From Pseudomonadota bacterium (GTDB taxonomy: Bacteria > Pseudomonadota > Alphaproteobacteria > JAKJEU01), in assembly GCA_022705265.1 (NCBI GenBank), contig JAKJEU010000001.1, forward strand, positions 1 to 32,823: a DNA stretch of 32,823 nt. The letters run 5' to 3'. The position numbers were made by a program, and so were the translations under genes. Shown in pieces: positions 17,395-25,950 of the stretch (positions are counted from its first letter, which is position 1; every line of letters begins with the position of its first letter). A model generated the notes under the pieces. That model did no database searches and had not been told where the DNA came from. It was given only the letters and a program-made list of their open reading frames with translations.

Positions 17395-18282
17395 ATGAAT
17401 TGGTTAAAAGATTATGTCCGTCCTAAAATTCAAAGCTGGGTTGCTCCTAAGGAAATCCCTGATAATCTTTGGGTAAAATGTCCTAAATGCGAAAGAATGA
17501 TTTTCGCAAAAGAATTGGATAAAAATTTAAAAATTTGCGTTCATTGCAATCATCATATGAGATTAGATCCAAATGCAAGATTTGAATCTCTTTTTGATAA
17601 AAACAGCTATTCCATGCTTGAATTACCTAAGGTTCCTGATGATCCTCTTGGATTTAAGGATTCAAAAAACTATTCTGAAAGATTAAAAGAATACCGAAAA
17701 AAAACTGGCAACAATGATGCTATCCAAGTTGCTCACGGAACAATGGGTGGTATGCCTATTGTTATTGCTTGTTTTGATTTCCGTTTTATGGGTGGTTCTA
17801 TGGGAACCGCCGTTGGAGAAGGTATTATTGCCGCTGCTGAACTTGCTATATTACAACAAGCATCTCTTATTATTTTCACTGCTTCTGGTGGTGCAAGAAT
17901 GCAAGAAGGTATTTTATCCTTAATGCAAATGGCAAGAACAACACTTGCTGTAAAGCAACTTAAAGAAAGTGGAAACCTTTTCATTAATGTGTTTACTGAT
18001 CCTACTACTGGTGGTGTTAGTGCTTCTTTTGCTATGCTTGGTGATATTGCTATTTCAGAACCTGATGCAATCATTGGTTTTGCTGGTGCACGAGTCATTG
18101 AACACACAATCAGAGAAAATTTACCAGAAGGATTCCAAAAGGCTGAATACCTTTATAACCATGGTTTCGTTGACATGGTAGTTGACAGACGAAATTTAAG
18201 AAGCGAAATAATAAAGTCCATAAGCATCTTAAAAAAAGTAAATTTAAAAAATGACGCTACTCTTTCAAAGGGGGAAAGATAA
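17395..18282 (+). CDS. accD: Acetyl-CoA carboxylase carboxyltransferase subunit beta
   Basis: An N-terminal zinc ribbon is present (CPKCERMIFAKELDKNLKICVHCNHH). The carboxyltransferase core includes FMGGSMG and SGGARMQEG. Confidence 0.95.
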   Translation: MNWLKDYVRPKIQSWVAPKEIPDNLWVKCPKCERMIFAKELDKNLKICVHCNHHMRLDPNARFESLFDKNSYSMLELPKVPDDPLGFKDSKNYSERLKEYRKKTGNNDAIQVAHGTMGGMPIVIACFDFRFMGGSMGTAVGEGIIAAAELAILQQASLIIFTASGGARMQEGILSLMQMARTTLAVKQLKESGNLFINVFTDPTTGGVSASFAMLGDIAISEPDAIIGFAGARVIEHTIRENLPEGFQKAEYLYNHGFVDMVVDRRNLRSEIIKSISILKKVNLKNDATLSKGER

Positions 18283-20192
18283 TGAAATTTATATTGCTAC
18301 TTACTCTTTTAATTTCAAATTTAGGCCTTGCTAATGCTCAAAATATTTCCGTTACAACAAAAGCAAGAGAAACAACAGACGATGTAAATGCTGAAAGACA
18401 ACTTTCTGGCGAAATCATTGAAATTAAGCCAGACCAAGTTTTAAAAGAAGATATTAAACCAAAATCAGCTATTCAAGATAACATCATCACTGTTAATGGC
18501 GGCTCTAATCCTTTGAAAGAAAGAATTTTTGGTGCTGATGACAATAAAAATGTCGTCAAAAACAACACTGTAAACCTTACAAAAGGTACATACCTTGGTG
18601 ATATTTTCGGCGGTCAATCATATGACATGAATTCCGAAGAAAATAAAATCAATATAAACGGAGTCGTATCTTACGGAACTATATTTGGTGGTGCATCATA
18701 TCATGGTGAAGCATTCAAAAACAGCATCAATATTTCTGATACAACCCTTACAAAACGCGTACTTGGTGGACAATCTCATGAAGGTGTTGTGTTAAAAAAT
18801 AATGTTGATATCAAAAAATCAATTATAAGAGAATCTATATATGGTGGCTTTTCTTACCAAGGAGATTCAGCTGAAAATAGTGTTATGATTGAAGATACCT
18901 CAGTTGGAAATAAACTTTATGGTGGTTTTTCAAGAGATAAAGATTCAAGAGAAAACTCTCTTTCCATCAAAAACACAACCACCACCGACATTATTTATGG
19001 TGGTGCAAGTACCAATGGAAATGCATTAAGTAATACTTTGACTATTTTCTCTGGTAATATTTTTGGCGATGTTTACGGCGGATATTCTGATTTTGGCAAT
19101 GTTTCTGGCAATACTCTTTTGATTAAAGGCGGAAAATTCACAAGAAATATCTATGATGGATATTCTCAAAGCGGTAAAGTTGAAAACAATAAAATTATCA
19201 TCGAAGGCGGTAATTTTATGAGAACTTCATCAATTATAAGCAATTATATAACTATTTCAAATTCTCCAATGTTCAACTCTTCTCTTATAATTTTTGGAAG
19301 ATGCGATGGTTCAATTGCCGATGCTGATTGTTTGATTAAGTTTGAAAATTTTAAAGGAAGCCATTTTAACAGTATAGCTCATGCTAAAAAAGTTGAAATT
19401 GATAGCGAATCTACCGTTATTTTTAGCAAATCTGGAATGGTAAAAATTGGTGGTGACCTTGATATTAAAGGAATAATTGGTTTTATTGAAAATAATTCTT
19501 CTGATGTAAGAGCAATTATGGTTAATAACCTAAAAGCAGAAAATGCTTTAATTGTTCTTAGCAATAACGACCATTTCATAATCAATGGCAAAGCAGAAGG
19601 AAACGCTGTTTTAGATTTAAGATTTCCATCAAACAACGCTAAAATTTTAAATACTTATAAAATATTTGATGGAGACTTATCTGGATTCGAATATAAACTT
19701 AAATCAGATTATATTTTAAATAAAAATGATTGGCATTCTTACAAGGTTGCTATTAATAAAGAAGCAAACAACTATATAAATGTTCTTTCAAAAAGAACTA
19801 TTTATGCAGACAAAAATATAATTGCTATACCAATTGAACTTAAACAAGATGCAGTTGATAAGGTTGAAATATATAACGACGGCTCTATAAATATTAATAA
19901 TGGAACTGGAAATTTAATTACAACATCAGAAGTTACAATTGATAAAGGTTCTATTTTAATGGATTATAACGATTTCTTTGTTGTCACAGGCGACTTTAAT
20001 GTAAAAGATGCAAGTCTTACCATTAATGTAAGCTCTGCTAAGGCTGGAAAATATAAGCTCTTTGCTGATAAAAAGGGTAATGTTTTAGATACTAGCGGTT
20101 TTAAAAATATAGAATTCAGTGAGAAAAATTCTACACTTGACTATAAATTAAAAGATGGCATATTAGAAGTTTCTTATGTAAATAAGAATTAA
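18282..20192 (+). CDS. Secreted repeat protein with a predicted beta-helix (type V passenger-like) N-terminal half; function unknown
   Basis: A Sec signal peptide is present (MKFILLLTLLISNLGLANA|QN). Nine tandem units of about 26 aa follow. The rest is a beta-rich Asn/Lys/Ile-rich region. The ATG overlaps the accD stop (TAATG). No C-terminal barrel-like region or terminal aromatic residue is visible. Confidence 0.7.
   Translation: MKFILLLTLLISNLGLANAQNISVTTKARETTDDVNAERQLSGEIIEIKPDQVLKEDIKPKSAIQDNIITVNGGSNPLKERIFGADDNKNVVKNNTVNLTKGTYLGDIFGGQSYDMNSEENKININGVVSYGTIFGGASYHGEAFKNSINISDTTLTKRVLGGQSHEGVVLKNNVDIKKSIIRESIYGGFSYQGDSAENSVMIEDTSVGNKLYGGFSRDKDSRENSLSIKNTTTTDIIYGGASTNGNALSNTLTIFSGNIFGDVYGGYSDFGNVSGNTLLIKGGKFTRNIYDGYSQSGKVENNKIIIEGGNFMRTSSIISNYITISNSPMFNSSLIIFGRCDGSIADADCLIKFENFKGSHFNSIAHAKKVEIDSESTVIFSKSGMVKIGGDLDIKGIIGFIENNSSDVRAIMVNNLKAENALIVLSNNDHFIINGKAEGNAVLDLRFPSNNAKILNTYKIFDGDLSGFEYKLKSDYILNKNDWHSYKVAINKEANNYINVLSKRTIYADKNIIAIPIELKQDAVDKVEIYNDGSININNGTGNLITTSEVTIDKGSILMDYNDFFVVTGDFNVKDASLTINVSSAKAGKYKLFADKKGNVLDTSGFKNIEFSEKNSTLDYKLKDGILEVSYVNKN
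18480..19190 (+). repeat. Coding tandem array of nine ~26-aa repeats (aa 67-303 of the secreted protein)
   Basis: The units are aa 67-94, 95-121, 122-147, 148-173, 174-199, 200-225, 226-251, 252-277 and 278-303. Their register is N-x-[VIL]-x-[IL]...[IVL]-[FY]-G-G-x-S-x-x-G-x4-N, for example SLSIKNTTTTDIIYGGASTNGNALSN and TLTIFSGNIFGDVYGGYSDFGNVSGN. The repeats are diverged at the nucleotide level. Confidence 0.7.
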
Positions 20193-20237
20193 TTTAACCC
20201 TTAAGATAATTTTGGAAAGGAGGGTGAAAAGAAAAAA

Positions 20238-20444
20238 ATGGTACAAGTTGTTGTAAGAGATAATAATGTCGAACAAGCATTGAGAGCTTTGAAGAAAAAA
20301 ATTCAAAGAGAAGGTATATTCCGCGAAATGAAATTGAGACAAAATTACGAAAAACCTTCTCAAAAGAGAGTTCGTGAAGAAGCTGAATCAAAAAGTCGCG
20401 CTAGAAAGCTTGAAAGAAAAAGAATCGAAAGAGATGGATTTTAG
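20238..20444 (+). CDS. rpsU: 30S ribosomal protein S21
   Basis: The sequence is [47 protein letters not shown]... A strong AAGGAGGG RBS is present. Confidence 0.95.
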   Translation: MVQVVVRDNNVEQALRALKKKIQREGIFREMKLRQNYEKPSQKRVREEAESKSRARKLERKRIERDGF

Positions 20445-20457
20445 TTTCTTTTAGATT

Positions 20458-20503
20458 AAAAAAAACCGCATTTAAGATTAAATTCTTATTTGCGGTTTTT
20501 TTA
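20458..20503. terminator. Rho-independent terminator after rpsU (A-run/T-run flanked, potentially bidirectional)
   Basis: AAAAACCGCA (20461-20470) pairs with TGCGGTTTTT (20491-20500). Additional inner AAGA/TCTT pairing is possible. T-runs are present on both strands. Confidence 0.7.
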
Positions 20504-20702
20504 TGTTTATTAATCCACTTTTTTTTAAAACAAATGAAAAAGCCGTTAAACACTTGCTTACATTTGTATCGTATTTAGTTTTGGATTAAATTAAAAATTT
20601 TAAGGATTATGTGGACAAGTATTTGTTAATTTTAATTGCTTGCGAATATGTATTTCATATAAAAAAATCCATATTAAATTCCAAATAATAAGCTAAAAAA
20701 AT

Positions 20703-21182
20703 TTACAACAATTTCCGATTATAGGTATGGGCATGACAAATAGCAATTGCCAAAGCATCAGCCGAATCTTTTGTTTGTTTGCCTGATTGTGGAAGAAGTA
20801 CCTTAACCATCATTTGAACTTGGGTTTTATCGGCGTGCCCTACTCCTACGACTGTTTTCTTTATCAAGTTTGGAGAATATTCAAAAACATCAACCCCATT
20901 ATATGCACTTGCAAGAATAACTGCACCTCTTGCTTGTCCAAGCTTTAAGGTCGATTTTGGATTGACATTAACAAAGGTTTCTTCAATCGCGATATGATTT
21001 GGGTTATATTTTTTTATTACCTCTGTAACCCCGTTAAAAAGCTCTAACAACCTTTTATCCAAAGTTAGGCTATCTGTGCTGTGAATTACACCTGATGTAA
21101 TAAATTTCAGGCTATTTCCCGATTTTTCAATCAGTCCATAGCCTGTATTTCTTAATCCTGGATCAAGTCCTAAGATAATCAT
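20703..21182 (-). CDS. ruvC: Holliday junction resolvase RuvC
   Basis: The sequence is MIILGLDPGLRNTGYGLIE...DSADALAIAICHAH. The start overlaps the yebC stop. Confidence 0.95.
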   Translation of the reverse strand: MIILGLDPGLRNTGYGLIEKSGNSLKFITSGVIHSTDSLTLDKRLLELFNGVTEVIKKYNPNHIAIEETFVNVNPKSTLKLGQARGAVILASAYNGVDVFEYSPNLIKKTVVGVGHADKTQVQMMVKVLLPQSGKQTKDSADALAIAICHAHTYNRKLL

Positions 21183-21928
21183 TATCCGATTTTTTCCATG
21201 ATTTCATCTGAAATATCGTAATTTGCATAAACTCTTTGAACATCATCATCTTCGTTTAAAGCTTCTTCCAAAGCCAAAACTGCTTCTGCTTGTTCTTGAT
21301 TTAATGTAACAGTATTCAAAGCCCTAAAATCAAGTCTTGCTGCATCTGGTGTTCCAAAAGTCTTTTCAAGAATCTCACGAACCGCACCTAAATCAGTTGG
21401 TTTCGTAATAATTTGATGACATTCTTCATCAGTTACTACATCGTCAGCCCCTGCTTCTAAACCAGCTTCGAACATTGCATCTTGGGTTGCAACTTTTAAT
21501 GGGAATTCGATATAACCAATTCTTTCAAAATTGAAAGCAACCGAATTTGTTTCGCCCAAATTTCCGCCTTTTTTCGAAAATATAGAGCGAACATTAGGAG
21601 CAGTCCTTGCGCGGTTATCGGTCAAAGCTTCAACAATAAAAGCAACCCCATGAGGTCCCATTCCTTCATATCTTATTTCTTCATAAATTGAACTGTCTTC
21701 ACCAGGACTTCCTTTTTTAATTGCTCTTTCAATATTATCCTTAGGCATGTTTTGAGCCTTAGCAGCAGAAATCGCAAGCCTTAATCTTGAATTATAATTA
21801 ATATCGCTTCCGCCTGTTTTAACCGCAACTGTGATTTCACGACCAAGCTTAGAAAAAATCTTTGCTCTGATTCTGTCTTGTGCACCTTTTCTGTGCATAA
21901 TATTTTTAAACTGAGAATGACCTGCCAT
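21182..21928 (-). CDS. yebC: YebC/PmpR family DNA-binding transcriptional regulator
   Basis: The sequence is MAGHSQFKNIMHRKGAQDRIRAKIFSKLGREITVAVKTGG...NMPKDNIERAIKKG. Confidence 0.95.
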   Translation of the reverse strand: MAGHSQFKNIMHRKGAQDRIRAKIFSKLGREITVAVKTGGSDINYNSRLRLAISAAKAQNMPKDNIERAIKKGSPGEDSSIYEEIRYEGMGPHGVAFIVEALTDNRARTAPNVRSIFSKKGGNLGETNSVAFNFERIGYIEFPLKVATQDAMFEAGLEAGADDVVTDEECHQIITKPTDLGAVREILEKTFGTPDAARLDFRALNTVTLNQEQAEAVLALEEALNEDDDVQRVYANYDISDEIMEKIG

Positions 21929-21972
21929 TCTTTTAAAATCTCCCTAAAATATTTTAATAATAAATATATAAA

Positions 21973-22953
21973 TTATAAATCAGCTGGTAAAGGACCAGGA
22001 TCTCTGAACAATGGTTTTCCTTGGAACATTTTTGCCATTTGAGATTCAATCAATGTACCGAGGTTCAAGATTCTGTCTCTTACCAAAACTCTTAATTGGT
22101 CGCCTTGGGTTGTATCTGGGTTTGCAAAAACATAACGAACTTCTGGGAATAATACCTTAGTTCCTTGTAATTTTTGATGAACCACACCCAAAATACCACG
22201 AGACAACAAGTCAGCCGCCAATTCTTCGTTAAGACCAGCCGCAGTAGCATATTTAATCATAGAGTTTAACGCATCTTCCACGGAATTAGCATGGATTGTT
22301 GAAATAACCATATGACCAGAAATAGCCGCTCTTAAAACTTGTGAAGTGGTTTCAGGAGTTCTGATTTCCCCAACCAAGATATATTTTGGTCTGCTTCTTA
22401 ATGCTGATTTCAAAGCCTCACCCCAATCGTTATTAGGAGGTTCGGTTTGCTTACAAACACCAAGCCCGCCTCTTCTTGATTGATAAATTCCATCAAGGGG
22501 AAGTTCAGGAGGATCTTCAATCGTATAAGCAAATCCACCTTCTCTTTCCAAAAATTTCTTCATCAAACAGGAAGCAGAAGTTGTTTTACCCATACCAGTA
22601 GGACCAGCCCATAATAAAAGACCTGAATCTCTGTTCAAACTTATTAAATGGTTTGTCAAAGTTTCAGGAAATCCGAGTTTAGTAATATCAGGAGTTTTCT
22701 TAGGCATTCTTCTTGCGGTATAATGAGTTCCGGTCAAAGTTTCAACTTTTTCAACACGGTAAACAGTCCCAGCATAAACAATAGAATAGCTTGATTTGCC
22801 CTTCCATCCTTTTGCCAAGGCTTGTCTGAATGCTGCCATATCATCAATCTCAAGTTTTTTAAGCCCATATCTTGTAATCCCATCATGCACAAATGCAACA
22901 TTTTCTGGGGTAAGATATATGTCTGAAAACTCTACTTCGTCTAAATTTGCCAT
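21973..22953 (-). CDS. Secretion-superfamily hexameric ATPase (PilT/VirB11/CpaF-like), orphan
   Basis: The motifs are Walker A GPTGMGKTT, Asp box YTIEDPPELPL, Walker B YILVGEIRTPET and His box SGHMVISTIHANS. The N-terminal domain of about 110 aa is PilT-like (FSDIYL...YRVEKV...TARRMP...LGFP). Which subfamily it belongs to cannot be settled by eye. Confidence 0.8.
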   Translation of the reverse strand: MANLDEVEFSDIYLTPENVAFVHDGITRYGLKKLEIDDMAAFRQALAKGWKGKSSYSIVYAGTVYRVEKVETLTGTHYTARRMPKKTPDITKLGFPETLTNHLISLNRDSGLLLWAGPTGMGKTTSASCLMKKFLEREGGFAYTIEDPPELPLDGIYQSRRGGLGVCKQTEPPNNDWGEALKSALRSRPKYILVGEIRTPETTSQVLRAAISGHMVISTIHANSVEDALNSMIKYATAAGLNEELAADLLSRGILGVVHQKLQGTKVLFPEVRYVFANPDTTQGDQLRVLVRDRILNLGTLIESQMAKMFQGKPLFRDPGPLPADL

Positions 22954-23001
22954 TTATATAACACTCTTTATTTATTTTACAGTTTACACATTATAAAACA
23001 T

Positions 23002-23835
23002 TTACACTTTTCTTTTAAAGCATTTTATTAAATATTGCACGAAAAATATTATCAAAAAATAAATTCCAAGAGATGAAACGATTGCTGGTGCTGGTGGTAT
23101 GTCGGTTTTAAAGGATATAAAAATACCTAAAAAAACTCCTAAAATCCCTATAAAAGAAGAAAGAGCCAACATTTTATTATAATTATTAACCATTAACCTT
23201 GCACAAATCGGAGGAATTATAAGCATTGACGAAACCAACAATATTCCAATCGTCTTAATCGAAACAGATATCACACAAGCAATAATTACCATAAAAATCA
23301 TGTCAATTAATTTTACTTTATTACCTTCTACTATCGAAATTTCATTGCTTAAAATCGAAAATAAAAGTTTATCTTTTATCTTTAACAATAACGCAAAAGA
23401 AATAATACTTATTATGAAAATCAAATATATATCTTTTGTCGTTATGCTTAAAATGTCTCCGAACAAAAGAGTATTAAAACTTGAACTTTTTTTGCCCCAT
23501 GCCAGCATAACCATACCAAAACCAATCCCAAGTTGAGACATTAACACCAAAATGCTGTTTATCGAGGTTTTGGACCTGTCTTTTAAAAAACTTACGATAA
23601 AAGCCGTTATAAAAACCATTATCCCAGTGCTTAACATAGTCGAAAAACCAAGCAATATACCAATCGCAACCCCAGGCAAAGCAATATGAGAAACCGCATC
23701 TGCAAAGGAAGAAGCTCTTTTCCATATCAAAAAGCACCCTAAAAAACCCGAAATAAAAGCAATCAACGAAGCGGATATAATTGAATTTAAAACTATTCTT
23801 TCAAAGAAAATATCAAACAATTTTATGCTCTCCAT
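23002..23835 (-). CDS. znuB: Zinc/manganese ABC importer permease (ABC-3 family, ZnuB-like)
   Basis: This 277-aa polytopic protein overlaps the upstream ABC ATPase gene by 23 nt and lies across from a cluster A-I substrate-binding protein gene. Metal specificity is inferred from context only. Confidence 0.8.
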   Translation of the reverse strand: MESIKLFDIFFERIVLNSIISASLIAFISGFLGCFLIWKRASSFADAVSHIALPGVAIGILLGFSTMLSTGIMVFITAFIVSFLKDRSKTSINSILVLMSQLGIGFGMVMLAWGKKSSSFNTLLFGDILSITTKDIYLIFIISIISFALLLKIKDKLLFSILSNEISIVEGNKVKLIDMIFMVIIACVISVSIKTIGILLVSSMLIIPPICARLMVNNYNKMLALSSFIGILGVFLGIFISFKTDIPPAPAIVSSLGIYFLIIFFVQYLIKCFKRKV

Positions 23836-24481
23836 GTTTAAACAATTTTAAATATCCGTTTGAAGCCATAACATCACTTGGACTTCCTTGACAACATATG
23901 GACTTATTCATGCAAATAACTTTGTTCGAACTTGCCATAACCATATGTAAATCATGGGAAACCATTAATATAGTACAATCATAATTCTTTTTAACTTTGT
24001 TCAAAGTATTATAAAAATCGCTTTCAGAAGCAATATCAAGCCCGCTTGTTGGCTCGTCTAAAAACAACAACTGAGGCCTTTTTAACAAAGCCCTTGCAAG
24101 CAAAACTTTTTTAAGCTCTCCCCCAGAAAGAGTTGCCATATCAGATTTATATAAATCTTTAATATCCACAAGATTTGTTATTTCGCTGACATTTTGTTTT
24201 TTCGAGTCTATAATTAAAAAATCAAAAACGCTCATAGGAAGCATAGCATCAACATAAAAATGTTGTGGCACATAACCTTTTATAATTTTTTTATTATATA
24301 TGACCTTTCCCGCCGTTTGTTTTAAAATTCCAGCAATTATCTTTAACAAAGTAGACTTTCCAGCACCATTTGGACCGATAAAAGTTACAATGTCATTTTC
24401 TTTAACATTAAAATTAATGTTTGATAAAATTTCTTTATTAGATATATTATAATTTAAATTTTCAATATTTATTAGTGGCAT
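23813..24481 (-). CDS. znuC: Zinc/manganese ABC importer ATP-binding protein (ZnuC-like)
   Basis: The motifs are Walker A GPNGAGKSTL, signature LSGGELKKVLLARAL and Walker B LLFLDEPTSGLD. Confidence 0.85.
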   Translation of the reverse strand: MPLINIENLNYNISNKEILSNINFNVKENDIVTFIGPNGAGKSTLLKIIAGILKQTAGKVIYNKKIIKGYVPQHFYVDAMLPMSVFDFLIIDSKKQNVSEITNLVDIKDLYKSDMATLSGGELKKVLLARALLKRPQLLFLDEPTSGLDIASESDFYNTLNKVKKNYDCTILMVSHDLHMVMASSNKVICMNKSICCQGSPSDVMASNGYLKLFKHGEHKIV

Positions 24482-24504
24482 CGTTTTGTAATAAGGATTT
24501 AAAA

Positions 24505-25395
24505 ATGAAAATAAGACATCTTATATTATTCTCTTTATGTATTATTTTCAACCCTTGTTATGCTTTTTCAAAAACAATGATTATATCATCTATTCCTGTT
24601 ATTTCTTCAATTGCTTCTTATATTTCGAAACAAGAAGTAAAATCTATTGTAAAAGAAAGAGAAACTGGATGTGTTGAACATTATTCGATGAAGCCTTCTG
24701 ATGCTTTTTTGATAAAAGATGCTGATTTAATAATCGCTATTGGAGAAAATTTCGAACCTTTTTTTAATAATATAAGTAAAATAAAAAAGGATAATGCAAG
24801 TATAATTGAAATATCAAAAATACCTGGCATAAAAATTCTTAACAAAAAAGAAAAAATCGATAACCAAGAAAACAACCACAACCATTCTAGTGAATATGAT
24901 TTTCACCTTTGGCTCAATCCAGCAAATGCAAAAAAAATTGCAACTGAGATTGCAAAACAACTAGCCATAAAAAATCCTGATAAAAAAGATTTTTATTCAA
25001 AAAATTTAAATGATTTTAATAAAGAAATTGACAGAATAGTTTTTGATATAAAATCTATTATCTCATCTCATATAAGAATAAATTATCTTTTATCTCATGA
25101 CAATCTCCAATATTTCGAAGACTTTTTTAACATAAAATCTTCTGGGGTTATATCTTTTCTTGACAGTGGTGAAATAAGCATAAGACAACTTCTTTATATT
25201 AAAAAAGTTATCGACGATAATAAAATAAGTTTAATCCTTGTTGATGGTGATAATTATCCAAAAGGGTTAAAAACTGTTGTTGATGGAACAAAAATAAGAT
25301 TAAGAAAAATTGATGTTACTGGTGCTTCCTATAAATTCAGCGAGGATTTGTATATAAGAATCATAAAAGATATTGTGAATAATATTTACTTGTAA
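24505..25395 (+). CDS. znuA: Periplasmic metal-binding protein (ZnuA/TroA-like, cluster A-I SBP)
   Basis: The start is set at ATG 24505 (AAGGA RBS at 24493-24497), which gives the signal peptide MKIRHLILFSLCIIFNPCYA. The metal-site motif DFHLWLNP is present. A short Asn/His-rich loop (NQENNHNHSSE) sits where ZnuA proteins carry a His-rich loop. The sequence is very AT-rich and diverged. Confidence 0.7.
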   Translation: MKIRHLILFSLCIIFNPCYAFSKTMIISSIPVISSIASYISKQEVKSIVKERETGCVEHYSMKPSDAFLIKDADLIIAIGENFEPFFNNISKIKKDNASIIEISKIPGIKILNKKEKIDNQENNHNHSSEYDFHLWLNPANAKKIATEIAKQLAIKNPDKKDFYSKNLNDFNKEIDRIVFDIKSIISSHIRINYLLSHDNLQYFEDFFNIKSSGVISFLDSGEISIRQLLYIKKVIDDNKISLILVDGDNYPKGLKTVVDGTKIRLRKIDVTGASYKFSEDLYIRIIKDIVNNIYL

Positions 25396-25545
25396 TTTTT
25401 TTATTTTTATAATATAAGTGTCAAAGCAATTTAAAACTAAATTGTTTAGATTCCTTCCCAAAAGCTTTATTTTTAACCATTTAAGGCGATTGGGTATATC
25501 TATTTATTTTAATGATTGAGAAAAGCCATAAGGAGAAAGAAAAAT

Positions 25546-25950
25546 ATGCCTTTTTACGAAAATGTGTTTATTGCTCGTCAGGATTTATCCCAACAAGCAT
25601 TAGATGAAATGATTGAAAAATATGCCGGTATTATTGATACAAACGGCGGAAAAATTACAAAGAAAGAAAGCTGGGGTCTTAGATCTTTGGTATATCGCAT
25701 TAAGAAAAACCGCAAGGGTCGTTATGTTCTTATGAACATTGATGCACCAGCACCTGCTGTTTTCGAAATGGAAAGACAAATGAAATTTGATGAAGATATC
25801 ATCAGATTCTTAACCGTAAAAGTTGAAGAATTAGAAGAAGGTCCTTCAGCTATGATGAATTCAAGAAACAAAGAAGGCTCTTATAAATCTTCTAAGAACG
25901 AAGATTTCGAAGACTTTGATATTTCAACAGACGAAGAGGAGATTGTATAA
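25546..25950 (+). CDS. rpsF: 30S ribosomal protein S6
   Basis: [26 protein letters not shown]... is followed by an acidic C-terminal tail. The start is set at ATG 25546 (AGGAG at 25531-25535) rather than the ORF-track start at 25516. Confidence 0.93.
   Translation: MPFYENVFIARQDLSQQALDEMIEKYAGIIDTNGGKITKKESWGLRSLVYRIKKNRKGRYVLMNIDAPAPAVFEMERQMKFDEDIIRFLTVKVEELEEGPSAMMNSRNKEGSYKSSKNEDFEDFDISTDEEEIV

Noticed and set aside
17714-18181. ORFs overlapping accD (17733..18107 minus, 124 aa; 17714..17923 and 17969..18181 plus).
   Set aside because: They are embedded in the conserved carboxyltransferase core of accD. Their products are Leu/Val-rich or Pro/Ala-rich shadow translations with no start context.
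20163-20391. Two minus-strand ORFs of 65-66 aa overlapping the end of the repeat-protein gene and rpsU.
   Set aside because: They lie antisense to a strongly supported S21 gene with an excellent RBS, and their products are low-complexity.
25424-25447. A 10-bp A-U-rich hairpin after znuA and upstream of rpsF, considered as a terminator or as an S6/S18-binding leader element.
   Set aside because: The stem has only one G-C pair and no trailing T-run. I cannot match it to the known rpsF leader structure by eye; an Infernal scan would be needed.
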